Source: Acidobacteriota bacterium (GTDB lineage Bacteria > Acidobacteriota > Thermoanaerobaculia > Multivoradales > Multivoraceae). From it: 64,000 nt of DNA. Below, piece after piece: positions 51,136-60,894 of this stretch. Within the stretch, counting starts at the first letter, position 1; each line of letters begins with the position of its first letter. The DNA lies in contig JAYZDP010000139.1 of NCBI GenBank assembly GCA_036337765.1, forward strand, positions 13,923 through 77,922, written 5' to 3'. Below the pieces are notes generated by a model. It worked only from the letters and a program-made list of their open reading frames with translations, was not told where the DNA came from and did no database searches. Made by a program: the position numbers and the translations under genes.

Positions 51136-52950
51136 ATGGCACGTTTCGCGGTCGTGATGGCCCTCTGCGCGGGCCTCGTAGCCTGCGGCCCGAGCGGTCG
51201 CAGCACGCCGTCGAACGGCGTCGGAGAGATCCCCGGGGACGCCCTCACGCAACCGGCGTTCGCTACCGACGACGATCCTGCAGCCCTGGTCGATCCGAGC
51301 CGCGACGGCTGGGACAGCGAGATCCTCAGCGCCGCCGCCGAGCAGCAGCTCTACCGCCTGGCGAACTGGCTCGCCGATCCCGCAAAAGAGGCCATCGACG
51401 TCGCTGGGCACGACTTCGCATCGTCGGTGCTGGCTCCCGAAACACTGTCGGAGCACTACTCGGACGGGGTCGTGACCGTGCGGCAGGGGACGATCGATTC
51501 CCGGGCCGTCGAACACCGTGGGCCGACGGGGCTGGCCGACGGAATCGATCGACAGAGGCGCCGGGTCGACGGCTTTGACCAGCGGAGGGCGACTCTGAAG
51601 CAGTTCAGGATCGAACTCGAAGAGTCGAGCTTCGTCACCCGGTCGTACTTCGAGCTGTCGGGAAGCCGCGAAGCTGGCGCCAAACAGATCAACTCGCTGT
51701 GGACCACCCGCTGGCAGCTCCCCGAGAGCACGGACGACGCGCCCCTGCTGATGGCAATCACGGTCGCCGACTACGAGGAGACGGAGACGCGCTCGGCGGA
51801 GCAATACGAGGACGTCACAGCGGCGGCGATCGGTCACAACCGCAGCTACGGGGAACAGATCCTCAAGGGCCCCGAGCACTGGCTGAGCCGGCTCACCAAG
51901 GGCCACGGTTTCTCCAAGGACGGCTGGCACGGCGTGTCGGTCGCCGACGTCGACGGCGACGGACTCGAGGATCTGTTCCTGGCCGAGCAGGGCGGGCTGC
52001 CGAACCGGCTATTCGTCCAAAGCGCCATCGGCACTTTCGACGACCGCTCGTCGGAGGCGGGCATCGACTTCCTGGAGCGCACCCTCGCCGGCCTGTTCGT
52101 GGATCTCGACAACGATGGCGATCAGGACCTGGTGCTGTCGCACCGGCCCGCGGTGCTGATCCTCGAGAACGACGGCAACGGCCGCTTCCAGGACGTCCGC
52201 TTCGTCGCCGGCGCGATTCCCGACAGCCACTCGGTGTCGGCGGCCGATTTCGACCTCGACGGCGACCTCGACCTCTACGTGTGCGCGTACCGCCGCGCAC
52301 CCAACGAGCGCGGCCTAGCCAGCCCTGTGCCCTACCACGATGCCAATAACGGTGGACGCAACGCTCTGCTGCGCAACGACGGCGGCTTCCAGTTCACCGA
52401 CGTGACGGCCGAGACCGGCCTCGACGCCAACAACCGCCGGTTCAGCCTGGCTGCCGCCTGGGAGGACTTCGACAACGACGGCGATCCTGACCTCTACGTC
52501 GCCAACGACTACGGCCGCAACAACCTGTACCGCAACGACGCCAAAGCGGGCGGGCAGTTGCGCTTCACCGACATCGCCGCCCAGGCCGGCGTAGAGGATG
52601 TGTCGTCGGGGATGTCGGTGAGCTGGGCCGACTACGATCGCGATGGTCGGATGGACGTCTACGTCGGCAACATGTTCTCGGCCGCCGGCAACCGCATCAC
52701 CTACCAGCGAAAGTTCGACGCGTTGCGTCGGCGGGCAGGTCCGCTGGCCGAAGTGCAGCGGATGACTCGCGGTAACTCGCTGTTTCGCAACGCCGGTCCT
52801 GCTACTTTTCACGACCGCAGCGAAGCCGAGGCCGTCACCATGGGGCGCTGGTCGTGGTCGTCGCTCTTCGCCGACATCAACAACGACGGCTGGGAGGACC
52901 TCGTGATCGCCAACGGCAACCTCACCCAGACCAACCCCGACGACTTGTGA
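51136..52950 (+). CDS. FG-GAP beta-propeller lipoprotein; N-terminal part of a probable UGA-recoded CDS 51136..55362
   Basis: LVAC lipobox; DxDxDG repeats; ends mid-propeller at PDDL-TGA, in frame with the next ORF. Confidence 0.85.
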   Translation: MARFAVVMALCAGLVACGPSGRSTPSNGVGEIPGDALTQPAFATDDDPAALVDPSRDGWDSEILSAAAEQQLYRLANWLADPAKEAIDVAGHDFASSVLAPETLSEHYSDGVVTVRQGTIDSRAVEHRGPTGLADGIDRQRRRVDGFDQRRATLKQFRIELEESSFVTRSYFELSGSREAGAKQINSLWTTRWQLPESTDDAPLLMAITVADYEETETRSAEQYEDVTAAAIGHNRSYGEQILKGPEHWLSRLTKGHGFSKDGWHGVSVADVDGDGLEDLFLAEQGGLPNRLFVQSAIGTFDDRSSEAGIDFLERTLAGLFVDLDNDGDQDLVLSHRPAVLILENDGNGRFQDVRFVAGAIPDSHSVSAADFDLDGDLDLYVCAYRRAPNERGLASPVPYHDANNGGRNALLRNDGGFQFTDVTAETGLDANNRRFSLAAAWEDFDNDGDPDLYVANDYGRNNLYRNDAKAGGQLRFTDIAAQAGVEDVSSGMSVSWADYDRDGRMDVYVGNMFSAAGNRITYQRKFDALRRRAGPLAEVQRMTRGNSLFRNAGPATFHDRSEAEAVTMGRWSWSSLFADINNDGWEDLVIANGNLTQTNPDDL

Positions 52951-52978
52951 AGCTTCTTCTGGCGGCAGGTCGTGCCGC
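52948..52978 (+). promoter_or_regulatory. In-frame UGA with a candidate bacterial SECIS hairpin
   Basis: TGA at 52948-50, an 11-nt spacer, then GCGGCA-GGTCG-TGCCGC (52962-52978). Confidence 0.7.
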
Positions 52979-55362
52979 GCGCCCCACGAGCCCCGGGCGA
53001 CGCCTCGGTCGGCGACTATCTAGACTCGCTCGCCGACCTCCACGAGCGCCTCGACGAGGGCATGTCGTGGAGCGGCTCCGAGCGCAACTGCGCCTATCTG
53101 AATCCGGGCCGTCCGGACGCCTCGCGCTTCGCCAATGTCTCTGCCGTCAGCGGGCTGGACTTCGACGACGACGCGCGCGGCCTCGCCGCCTTCGATTGGG
53201 ACCACGATGGCGATGTCGACCTCGCCCTGTCGAACCGCACGGCGCCGCGGCTGCGCCTGATGCGCAACACCCATCCGAACGCGACGGCATCGATCGTGGT
53301 GGAAGTCGCCGGCGACGGCACGCGCACCAACCGTGACGGAGTCGGCACCCGCATCGCGCTTGACACCGACCAGGGGACCATGGTGCGCAGTGTCCGTGCC
53401 GGCGACGGCTTCCTCTCGCAGTCGTCGAAGGCGGTCCATTTCGGCCTCGGCTCGGCGACGCCGCGCGGAGAGCTGACGGTCACCTGGCCAGGCGGCGGCA
53501 CGGAGACCTTCCCCGTTCCCCGACCCGGCAGCCGCGTCCGCCTGGTTCAAGGCTCGGGCCTTGCACGTGAGGTCGCAGCCCGCGACCTCACCGCCGATCT
53601 CCTGTCATCGTCGCAGCGCCCCGACGCACCCACCACCGGGGAACGGATCGTTCTGCCAACGCGGCCTCCCGCTCCCTCGCTGACCATCGAGGCGTACGCG
53701 GAGGGAGAGGTCCGACCCGTCGAGATCACCGCCAAGCCAACCCTCATCAATTTCTGGGCGAGCTGGTGCATCCCCTGCCGCGGCGAGCTCGAAGATCTCG
53801 CCGACAGCGCTGCGAGCCTCGAGAGCGCGGGCCTGGAGATCGTCGCTCTGGCGACCGACGGCCTGGGCGAGGATCCCCCGACCACGGCAGCCGACGCCGA
53901 GGCGTTCATGGCGCGCATCGATTTCCCGTTCACCCACGGCCGTGCCACGGCAGAGACTCTGGACAAGATCGAGATCGTCAAGCGCTATCTCTTCGACCGA
54001 CGGTTCCCACTGTCGCTGCCCTTCTCGCTCCTAGTCGACGCGCAGGGCAATGCTGCGGCCCTGTACCGTGGCGGCCTCGAGAGCGCCGATCTGATCGCCG
54101 ACCTCGACCACATGTTGCCGGCCACCGCCGTGGAGCGACGCGACATGTCGGTGCCCTTCTCCGGCAGGTGGTTCGCGGAACCCCGGCAACGAGCCGCCGT
54201 CGGTCGCTACGCGCGATGGTTCGAGGACGACTATCCCGACGAGTCGCTGGCACTGCTCGAGCGCGCCGTCGAGCAGGCGTCCGAGCGGCTGGACAGCGCT
54301 CACGAGAGCTTCGAGAAGGTCGACGCCCGCAACGAGCTCTTTGCCGCGTACAAAGACCTGGCCCGGATCGAGCACGAGCTCGACCGCCATGAGCCGGCCG
54401 CGCGCCACTACCGGGCGGCGCTCGAGCTCGAGCCACGAGATCCAGCGGCCCGCACGGCGCTTCTCGGCGTGCTGCGTTCCATCGGCGAGCACGGCGAGCT
54501 CGAGACCCTGCTCACTCGTTGGCTGCGGGAGGACTCCGGCAACGTCGAGCTACATGTGCGACTCGCGGAGCTGCTGGAGGACAACAATGACCTAGCGGGC
54601 GCGACGCGTGAGCTCGGCCGAGCCGTCGCGCTCCGACCCCAAGACGCGGATCTTCACTTCCTCCTGGGTCGAACGTTGGCACGGCAGAGCTCGATGCCCG
54701 CCGCCCTGGAGCAGTTCGAGGCCACCGTCGCTCTTGCCCCGGGCGACGCGGAGGCGCACTTCTTCGCCGGCGTCGTCGCGGCCGGGATGGGGCGCGGCGA
54801 GAAGGCGCTGGATCACCTCGGCAGAACTCTCGTGCTCGACCCCGGCCATCGCAACGCTCGGTTCGAGAGCGCCAGGGTGCTGACGGGGACCGGACGCGTC
54901 GAGGCCGCGATACCGCTGTATCAGGCGATCGTCGGTGAGGACCCCGAGGACGCCGCGGCGCACAGCGGGCTCGGGCTTGCGCTCGTGCAAGCGGGACGCC
55001 ACGAGGAGGGTGGCGTGCACGTGCGCCGGGCCTACACCCTGGACCCGCAGTTCCTCGGCACGGGTAACAGCGCGGCCTGGATCATGGCCACCCATCCGGA
55101 CGCGCGCTACCGCAACGGAGCGCAGGCATTGCTGATCGCCGAGGAGCTCAACGCCAGAACCGAGAACCGGGAGCCCGCGCTGCTCGAGACCCTGGCCGCC
55201 GCCCAGGCCGAGGCGGGAGCCTTCGACGACGCCGTAGCAACCGTAGAGCGAGCGATCGAGCTGGTCGGTTCCTCCGGCCAGACGCGCGCGGCGCAGCAGC
55301 TCGCCTCCCGGCTCCAGCTCTACCGCAGCCGGCGCCCGTTCCGCGACCCAGGGCTGGGTTAG
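52951..55362 (+). CDS. Last FG-GAP blade, ASPIC/UnbV, TlpA-like redoxin (WCIPC) and TPR repeats; C-terminal part of the probable selenoprotein
   Basis: SFFWRQVV..., DWDHDGDVD, AGDGFLSQSS, INFWASWCIPC and a TPR array. No own RBS or signal peptide. Confidence 0.85.
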   Translation, partial: SFFWRQVVPRAPRAPGDASVGDYLDSLADLHERLDEGMSWSGSERNCAYLNPGRPDASRFANVSAVSGLDFDDDARGLAAFDWDHDGDVDLALSNRTAPRLRLMRNTHPNATASIVVEVAGDGTRTNRDGVGTRIALDTDQGTMVRSVRAGDGFLSQSSKAVHFGLGSATPRGELTVTWPGGGTETFPVPRPGSRVRLVQGSGLAREVAARDLTADLLSSSQRPDAPTTGERIVLPTRPPAPSLTIEAYAEGEVRPVEITAKPTLINFWASWCIPCRGELEDLADSAASLESAGLEIVALATDGLGEDPPTTAADAEAFMARIDFPFTHGRATAETLDKIEIVKRYLFDRRFPLSLPFSLLVDAQGNAAALYRGGLESADLIADLDHMLPATAVERRDMSVPFSGRWFAEPRQRAAVGRYARWFEDDYPDESLALLERAVEQASERLDSAHESFEKVDARNELFAAYKDLARIEHELDRHEPAARHYRAALELEPRDPAARTALLGVLRSIGEHGELETLLTRWLREDSGNVELHVRLAELLEDNNDLAGATRELGRAVALRPQDADLHFLLGRTLARQSSMPAALEQFEATVALAPGDAEAHFFAGVVAAGMGRGEKALDHLGRTLVLDPGHRNARFESARVLTGTGRVEAAIPLYQAIVGEDPEDAAAHSGLGLALVQAGRHEEGGVHVRRAYTLDPQFLGTGNSAAWIMATHPDARYRNGAQALLIAEELNARTENREPALLETLAAAQAEAGAFDDAVATVERAIELVGSSGQTRAAQQLASRLQLYRSRRPFRDPGLG

Positions 55363-55383
55363 GCCCCCCTACGCCTCAACCCT

Positions 55384-56724
55384 CTACCTGGCTCTGCGGT
55401 AGCGATCAAGCTGCTGGCGATACTCACGCAGCTCGTGGGGCGGCGCGCCGGTCTCCTGGATGACCGTGAGGGCCTGTGCCATGCGCTGCGCGGCCTCGGG
55501 ATAGCGACCGACGTCGGCGAAGGCGGCAGCGAGATCGACGAACAGCTGCGCCATGACCGGCGCCATCAAGGACTCACGGTTGCGCATTGCGTAGGCATGG
55601 TCGAGGTGGCCGATCATCAAATCGATCTCGTTGCGCTGCGCCGCACCCATCGCCGACAGCACGAGCATGTGGAGGTTGTCGGGATCCTCCTCCAGGACCT
55701 CGGCGGCGATCGGCTCGGCCTCGTCGAAGCGCTCGAGCTTAAAGAGCGCCGACGCCAGCACCGGCTTCGCGACCGCCAGGTCCGGATCGGCGGCCAGGGC
55801 CTTCTGCACCGCGTGCAGGGCCTTGGCGGCGTCCCCCGTCCGATCGTAGAGGCCGGCGGCGAGAAACCAGGCCTGTGCGTGATCGGGTGAGAAGTCGAGC
55901 ACCGCCTCGACCTCGGCCCGCGCGCGCGACAGGTCGCCGACGTCGGCGTAGGTCCGGCTACGACGAAGATAGCTGGTCGAGTCCACGGCGAGAGCTTCGA
56001 CGCCGGCCCGAATCGAGTCCTTGTGGGGGAGCGTACGTGGCAGCGATCGCGCCTCCTGCGCCTTCTGTCTGGCGGCTTCACGATCTCCCGTCAGAGCGTA
56101 GGCACGCGCCAGGGTCGCCACGGTCGCCTGAATGCCTGCGTCGATCCGATAGGCCTGCTCGAGGTGTCGCACAGCCTCTTCGACCCTGCCTGCGGCGAGG
56201 GCCAGGCGCCCGAGTCCGAGCGGGCCGAGGGGGTCGGTCGGATCGAGATCGGAAGCGCTGCGGTACTGGACCTCGGCGTCGGCATCGCGGCCGACTACCT
56301 CGAGAGCCTGTGCGTAGCGGATGCGGCTCGGGGCGTAGGCGGAGTCGAGCGCGGTCGCTCGCTCGTACCAACCCAGTGCCTCCTCCGGGCCCGAGTACTC
56401 GAGCAGGGTTGCGAGCAGGTAGGGCCAGCGCACGTCGCGATCGTCGAGTGCGAACGCTTCGCGATAGGCCGCGGCGGCCTCCGTCGGAAGGTGGTGGGCA
56501 TCGAGAATCATCCCGTAGCGACCCCAGGAATCGGCATCGCCCGTGGCGTCGGCAACAGCCTGACGCGCCGCGCCGATCGCCTCCTCGACCCTCGCCTCCA
56601 CGCCCTCGAGATCGGGGCTAGGGATCTCGGCGGTGCTCGCGACGCCGGCGCACAAGAAGACTGCCGCGACACCGGCCCAACCGGATGGGACCCGATAGAC
56701 TCCAACCTCCCTCAACGCCCCCAT
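55384..56724 (-). CDS. Exported TPR-repeat protein
   Basis: Hydrophobic N-terminus and multiple TPR helical repeats. Start uncertain. Confidence 0.8.
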   Translation of the reverse strand: MGALREVGVYRVPSGWAGVAAVFLCAGVASTAEIPSPDLEGVEARVEEAIGAARQAVADATGDADSWGRYGMILDAHHLPTEAAAAYREAFALDDRDVRWPYLLATLLEYSGPEEALGWYERATALDSAYAPSRIRYAQALEVVGRDADAEVQYRSASDLDPTDPLGPLGLGRLALAAGRVEEAVRHLEQAYRIDAGIQATVATLARAYALTGDREAARQKAQEARSLPRTLPHKDSIRAGVEALAVDSTSYLRRSRTYADVGDLSRARAEVEAVLDFSPDHAQAWFLAAGLYDRTGDAAKALHAVQKALAADPDLAVAKPVLASALFKLERFDEAEPIAAEVLEEDPDNLHMLVLSAMGAAQRNEIDLMIGHLDHAYAMRNRESLMAPVMAQLFVDLAAAFADVGRYPEAAQRMAQALTVIQETGAPPHELREYRQQLDRYRRAR

Positions 56725-59161
56725 GAGCGTCTTCGAAGGCATCCGTCTAGTCGATCTCAGCGGCACAGTTGCGACGTCCTACTGCGGCAAGCTCTTCGCG
56801 AGCTTCGGGGCAGACGTTATCAACGTGGAGCCGCCGGGCACGGGCAATCCGACCCGATCGTTGCCACCGTTCGGCGACGCTGCCGACCCCCCGGAGTCAA
56901 GCGCCCTCGCAGGCTGGCTCGATGCCGGCAAACGCTCCGTCGTCGCCGATCTGGGAAGCGATGAAGGGCGCGAGCACGCTCGTGCCCTGATCGCGGGGGC
57001 GCAGATCGTCATCGAGGGCCACCGGCCAGGAGCTCTCGCCGCCAGGGGGATCGACCCCGAGAGCCTCGACTCCAGCCTGTCGGCGCCGATCGTGGCCTCG
57101 ATCAGCTGGTTCGGCCAGACCGGACCCTGGGCGCAGTTCGAGGCCACCGACGCCACCATCCACGCCCTGATCGGTCAGGTACGCGGCTTCGGACCTCGAG
57201 AGGGTCCGCCGCTGGCTCCTGCCGGTTACGAAGTGCAGACCATCGGCGGACTGACCGCGTTTGTGGCGATCGTCGGACAGCTCATCGGACTCGAGCGCGG
57301 CTCGATCTCCCGGCCAGGCCATCTCGACATCAGCCTCTACGAGGCCGCCCTGTGCCTGGTCGAGGTTGGTGCGGTCGCATCGCACAACATCGACGAGCCG
57401 CCGAAGCCGCGCCTCGGCCTGAACCGTTACTGGCCTACCTTTCCGGCCGGTATCTACGCCTGCCGGGATGGTTGGGTGGGCATCACCGCCCTTCTTCCGA
57501 CTCAGTGGCGTAGTTTCTGCGAGTTGATCGGAGCGCCAGAGATCGCCGACGAAGCGCGCTTCGCGCTCCACGCCGATCGGCACGAGGCCGCCGACGAGCT
57601 CGACGCGATCTTCACCGAGAAGCTCGCTGCTCGAGACGCCGAGTACTGGTTCCACGAGGGGCAGAAACGCCGCATTCCGCTGGCAATGGTGCCGACCATG
57701 GCCGACCTGCTCGAGTGCGAGCAGTTCGTCGAGCGCGGTGCTTTCGGCGAGATCCACCATTCCGAGCTCGGCGCGTACCGCGCGCCCGGCGTTGGGTTCC
57801 GCCACCAGCTGACGCCGGCCATCGCGGATGGGCGGGCGCCGCGGCTCGGTGAGCACAACCTCGAGGTGGCGGCATCGGATCACCGCCCACCTGACAGCTC
57901 GAACAGCAACCGTCAGGACGAGGGCGGGAAGGCCCGAAGACCGCTCCACGGTCTGCGGGTCGTCGACCTGTCGATGGGCTGGGCCGGGCCGCTTGCGGCG
58001 CGGCACTTGGCCGACCTCGGGGCCGAGGTGGTCAAGGTCGAGTCGTGCAGCCACTTCGACTGGTGGCGTGGCTGGGAAGTGACCGAGGAAGTGCTTGCCG
58101 ACAACGGCCTCGAGAAGTCCTGGGCGTACCACAGCGTCAACCGCAACAAGCTCGACGTCACGCTCGAGCTCACCAATGACACGGCCACCGATCTGCTCAA
58201 GCGCCTGGTCGCGACCGCGGATGCCGTGGTTGAGAACTTCGCCGGCACGGTTTTGCCCAAGCTCGGCATCGGCTACGAAGTCCTTCGCCGGCACAACGAG
58301 AAGATCGTCATGCTGTCGATGCCGCCCTTCGGCGCCAGCGGCGACTGGCGCGGCTACCGAGCCTACGGCTCGACCGTCGAGCAAGCGTCGGGCCTACCTC
58401 ACCTGCAGGGCTATGGCGATTGGCCACCGATCATGCAGCACGTGGCACTGGGTGACCCGATCGCAGGGCTCAACGGCGCCGCCGCCGCGGTCGTCGGCCT
58501 GTTCCATCAGCAGCGCACCGGCGTCGGGCAGCTCGTCGATCTGTCGCACGTCGAATGCCTCTTTCCGTTCGCCGCGAGCGGTCTAGTCGCGGAGAGCCTC
58601 GGCAGCACGCTCCCCAGAAGGCACGGACACCGCCACCCTCACTACGCGCCGCACGGCGTCTACCGCTGCGCCGGAGAGGACCGCTGGCTCGTCGTCAGTG
58701 TCACGAGCGGCGAAGTGTGGCGGGCCTTGGCAGGCTGCGTGCCGGGGCTCGACGATCCGGCACTCGACAACATCGACGAGCGACGGCGACGCCACGACGA
58801 GATCGATGGCGCCGTTTCCCACTGGGCCATGGACCGCGTCGACACCGAGCTAGTCGAGGAGCTGCTGGCCGCGGGGGTCGCGGCGGCGACGGTGCGCCAC
58901 TCCAGCGCGCTGTTGACCGACCCGCAGCTCACGGCGCGCGAGTTCTGGCAGTGGGCCGAGGGAGAAGTCGTCGGCCGCCAGCCCAACCCCTCCGCCCCCT
59001 ACCGCATTGACGGTCGCTACCCTGAGGTGCGCTGGCAGGCCCCGACGCTGGGCGGTCACAACCGCGAAGTCCTACACGGAATGCTCGGCCTCTCGGACGA
59101 TGAGCTGGCCCGACTGGCGAGCGACGGCATCATCGGCACCCGTCCGACAGCCAAGAGTTAG
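56723..59161 (+). CDS. Tandem two-domain CaiB/BaiF CoA-transferase
   Basis: Two class III domains (GADVINVEPP...GKRS; LGAEVVKVES...NRNK, ENF). Confidence 0.9.
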   Translation: MSVFEGIRLVDLSGTVATSYCGKLFASFGADVINVEPPGTGNPTRSLPPFGDAADPPESSALAGWLDAGKRSVVADLGSDEGREHARALIAGAQIVIEGHRPGALAARGIDPESLDSSLSAPIVASISWFGQTGPWAQFEATDATIHALIGQVRGFGPREGPPLAPAGYEVQTIGGLTAFVAIVGQLIGLERGSISRPGHLDISLYEAALCLVEVGAVASHNIDEPPKPRLGLNRYWPTFPAGIYACRDGWVGITALLPTQWRSFCELIGAPEIADEARFALHADRHEAADELDAIFTEKLAARDAEYWFHEGQKRRIPLAMVPTMADLLECEQFVERGAFGEIHHSELGAYRAPGVGFRHQLTPAIADGRAPRLGEHNLEVAASDHRPPDSSNSNRQDEGGKARRPLHGLRVVDLSMGWAGPLAARHLADLGAEVVKVESCSHFDWWRGWEVTEEVLADNGLEKSWAYHSVNRNKLDVTLELTNDTATDLLKRLVATADAVVENFAGTVLPKLGIGYEVLRRHNEKIVMLSMPPFGASGDWRGYRAYGSTVEQASGLPHLQGYGDWPPIMQHVALGDPIAGLNGAAAAVVGLFHQQRTGVGQLVDLSHVECLFPFAASGLVAESLGSTLPRRHGHRHPHYAPHGVYRCAGEDRWLVVSVTSGEVWRALAGCVPGLDDPALDNIDERRRRHDEIDGAVSHWAMDRVDTELVEELLAAGVAAATVRHSSALLTDPQLTAREFWQWAEGEVVGRQPNPSAPYRIDGRYPEVRWQAPTLGGHNREVLHGMLGLSDDELARLASDGIIGTRPTAKS

Positions 59162-60894
59162 GGTAGATCGCTCGTTCCGGTGCCTCGGGCGAGCGTCACG
59201 GTTTGGCGGGCCGCGGCCCCGGGGAAGCTCTCACGAGTACCGTCGGGCCAGCGCACCTCGAAACGGTCGACCTTCTCGGCTGCGGCGAGGCCGAACCAGA
59301 CACTGAGCGGGCTCGAGGTCAGGTAACCGCCAGAGGCCTGCACGAGGCGCAGCAGCCGCAGCTCACCGACATGCGCGACTACCTGAGCTCCAGGCGAGCC
59401 ACCGTGCTCGAGGTCGTCGAGCACGACCTCGATCCACCCTGAGGAGTTCCCACCGTCGTTTCGCCACAGGCGGGCGCGGCCCTCGATCTGCGTCGTCAGA
59501 AGATCCAGGTCGCCGTCGCGGTCCAAGTCAGCAGCCACCAGCCCACGGCTGACCTCGACAGATTCCCCCCAGGCACCGGTCTCGCCAGTCACGTCGAGGA
59601 ATCGGCCGCCGCCTACGTTCTCCAGCAGGCTGTTGGGCTCGGCATACAGGTGGAGACTCGTCGCCGGGTGCGCCAGTGTCGTGGGGCGCTGCTTCACCGC
59701 ACCGTTGACGACCACCAGGTCGAGATCGCCGTCGTTATCGAGATCTGCGAGCGCGTCACCGAAGCCGGTATAGGGAATGCTCGCCACGCCGAGGCCGCTG
59801 GTGCCGGTGGCGTCCTCGAAGCCGGCATCATTGCGATTCTCGTAGAAGGTGTTGGTCTCCTCGATGAGATGGCTGACGAAGACGTCTGCGTCCGCATCGC
59901 CGTCTAGGTCGCCAATAACCACTCCCATGCCGCCCTCGGCCACGCCGTAGCGGTTGAACGCCAACCCCACGAGCAGCGCGTCTTCGACGAAACGGCCGTC
60001 CCCCTGGTTGGTCCACAGGTGGTTGGGGTCGGCGTCGTTGGCGACGTAGAGATCCAGCTGGCCATCGGCGTCGAAGTCGTGACACAACACTCCCAGTCCG
60101 GCATCGGCCAGGGTCGCGATACCTGAGCTACGTGAGCGGTCTTCGAAGCGGCCGTCGCCCCGGTTGCGGTAGAGCCGATCGGAGAGGCCTTCGAAACGCA
60201 CCGGGCCGCAGTAGTCGACACGGCCGCCTTCGACCCGGCACTCGGTACCGGGGTCGTAGTCGACATAGCGGGCAACGAACAGGTCGAGCAGCCCGTCGCC
60301 GTCGACATCGCAGAACACGGCCGAGGTAGACCATCCCTCGTCACCGACGCGGGCACGGTCGGTAATGTCTCGAAAGTGACCGGAGCCATCGTTGAGGTAG
60401 AGAGAGTCGCGACCCCAGTTCGAGACGAAGAGATCGGTATCGCCATCGTTGTCGATGTCACCCGCGGCGGCTCCCATGCCATAGCGATCGTCGCCGAGGC
60501 CCGAGTCAGTGGTTGCGTCGACGAAGCTGCCATCGGTCTGTTGGAGAAAGAGCGCGTTCGCGGCGCCCGCCGGGCCCCGATCCGCGGGGAAGCGCTCGCC
60601 GCCGTTGATCAGAAAGACGTCGAGATCGCCGTCGCCCTCGGCATCGAAGACCGCGGCGCCGCTCCCCATGATCGCCGGCATCGGTGTCTCGAGCCCGGCG
60701 CCCGCGTAGTGGCGGAACTCGAGCCCGGACTCGGCCGAGATCTCGACCCACGAGACCCGGCTGGCGAGCTCTCCGACAGAACCCGCGGCGCGGTCGCCGC
60801 GGCCACTGGTCCCCGGGCCGGCGTCATCAACGCAGGCGGCCGCTGCGGCCACCAGCAGCACGACCGCGGCTGACCGCCCGTTGTCAGCTCCCAT
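59158..60894 (-). CDS. CRTAC1-family FG-GAP/ASPIC-UnbV lipoprotein (type A)
   Basis: AAAC lipobox; FG-GAP repeats; C..DYC motif; GGYLTSS...VRWPDG. Confidence 0.88.
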   Translation of the reverse strand: MGADNGRSAAVVLLVAAAAACVDDAGPGTSGRGDRAAGSVGELASRVSWVEISAESGLEFRHYAGAGLETPMPAIMGSGAAVFDAEGDGDLDVFLINGGERFPADRGPAGAANALFLQQTDGSFVDATTDSGLGDDRYGMGAAAGDIDNDGDTDLFVSNWGRDSLYLNDGSGHFRDITDRARVGDEGWSTSAVFCDVDGDGLLDLFVARYVDYDPGTECRVEGGRVDYCGPVRFEGLSDRLYRNRGDGRFEDRSRSSGIATLADAGLGVLCHDFDADGQLDLYVANDADPNHLWTNQGDGRFVEDALLVGLAFNRYGVAEGGMGVVIGDLDGDADADVFVSHLIEETNTFYENRNDAGFEDATGTSGLGVASIPYTGFGDALADLDNDGDLDLVVVNGAVKQRPTTLAHPATSLHLYAEPNSLLENVGGGRFLDVTGETGAWGESVEVSRGLVAADLDRDGDLDLLTTQIEGRARLWRNDGGNSSGWIEVVLDDLEHGGSPGAQVVAHVGELRLLRLVQASGGYLTSSPLSVWFGLAAAEKVDRFEVRWPDGTRESFPGAAARQTVTLARGTGTSDLP

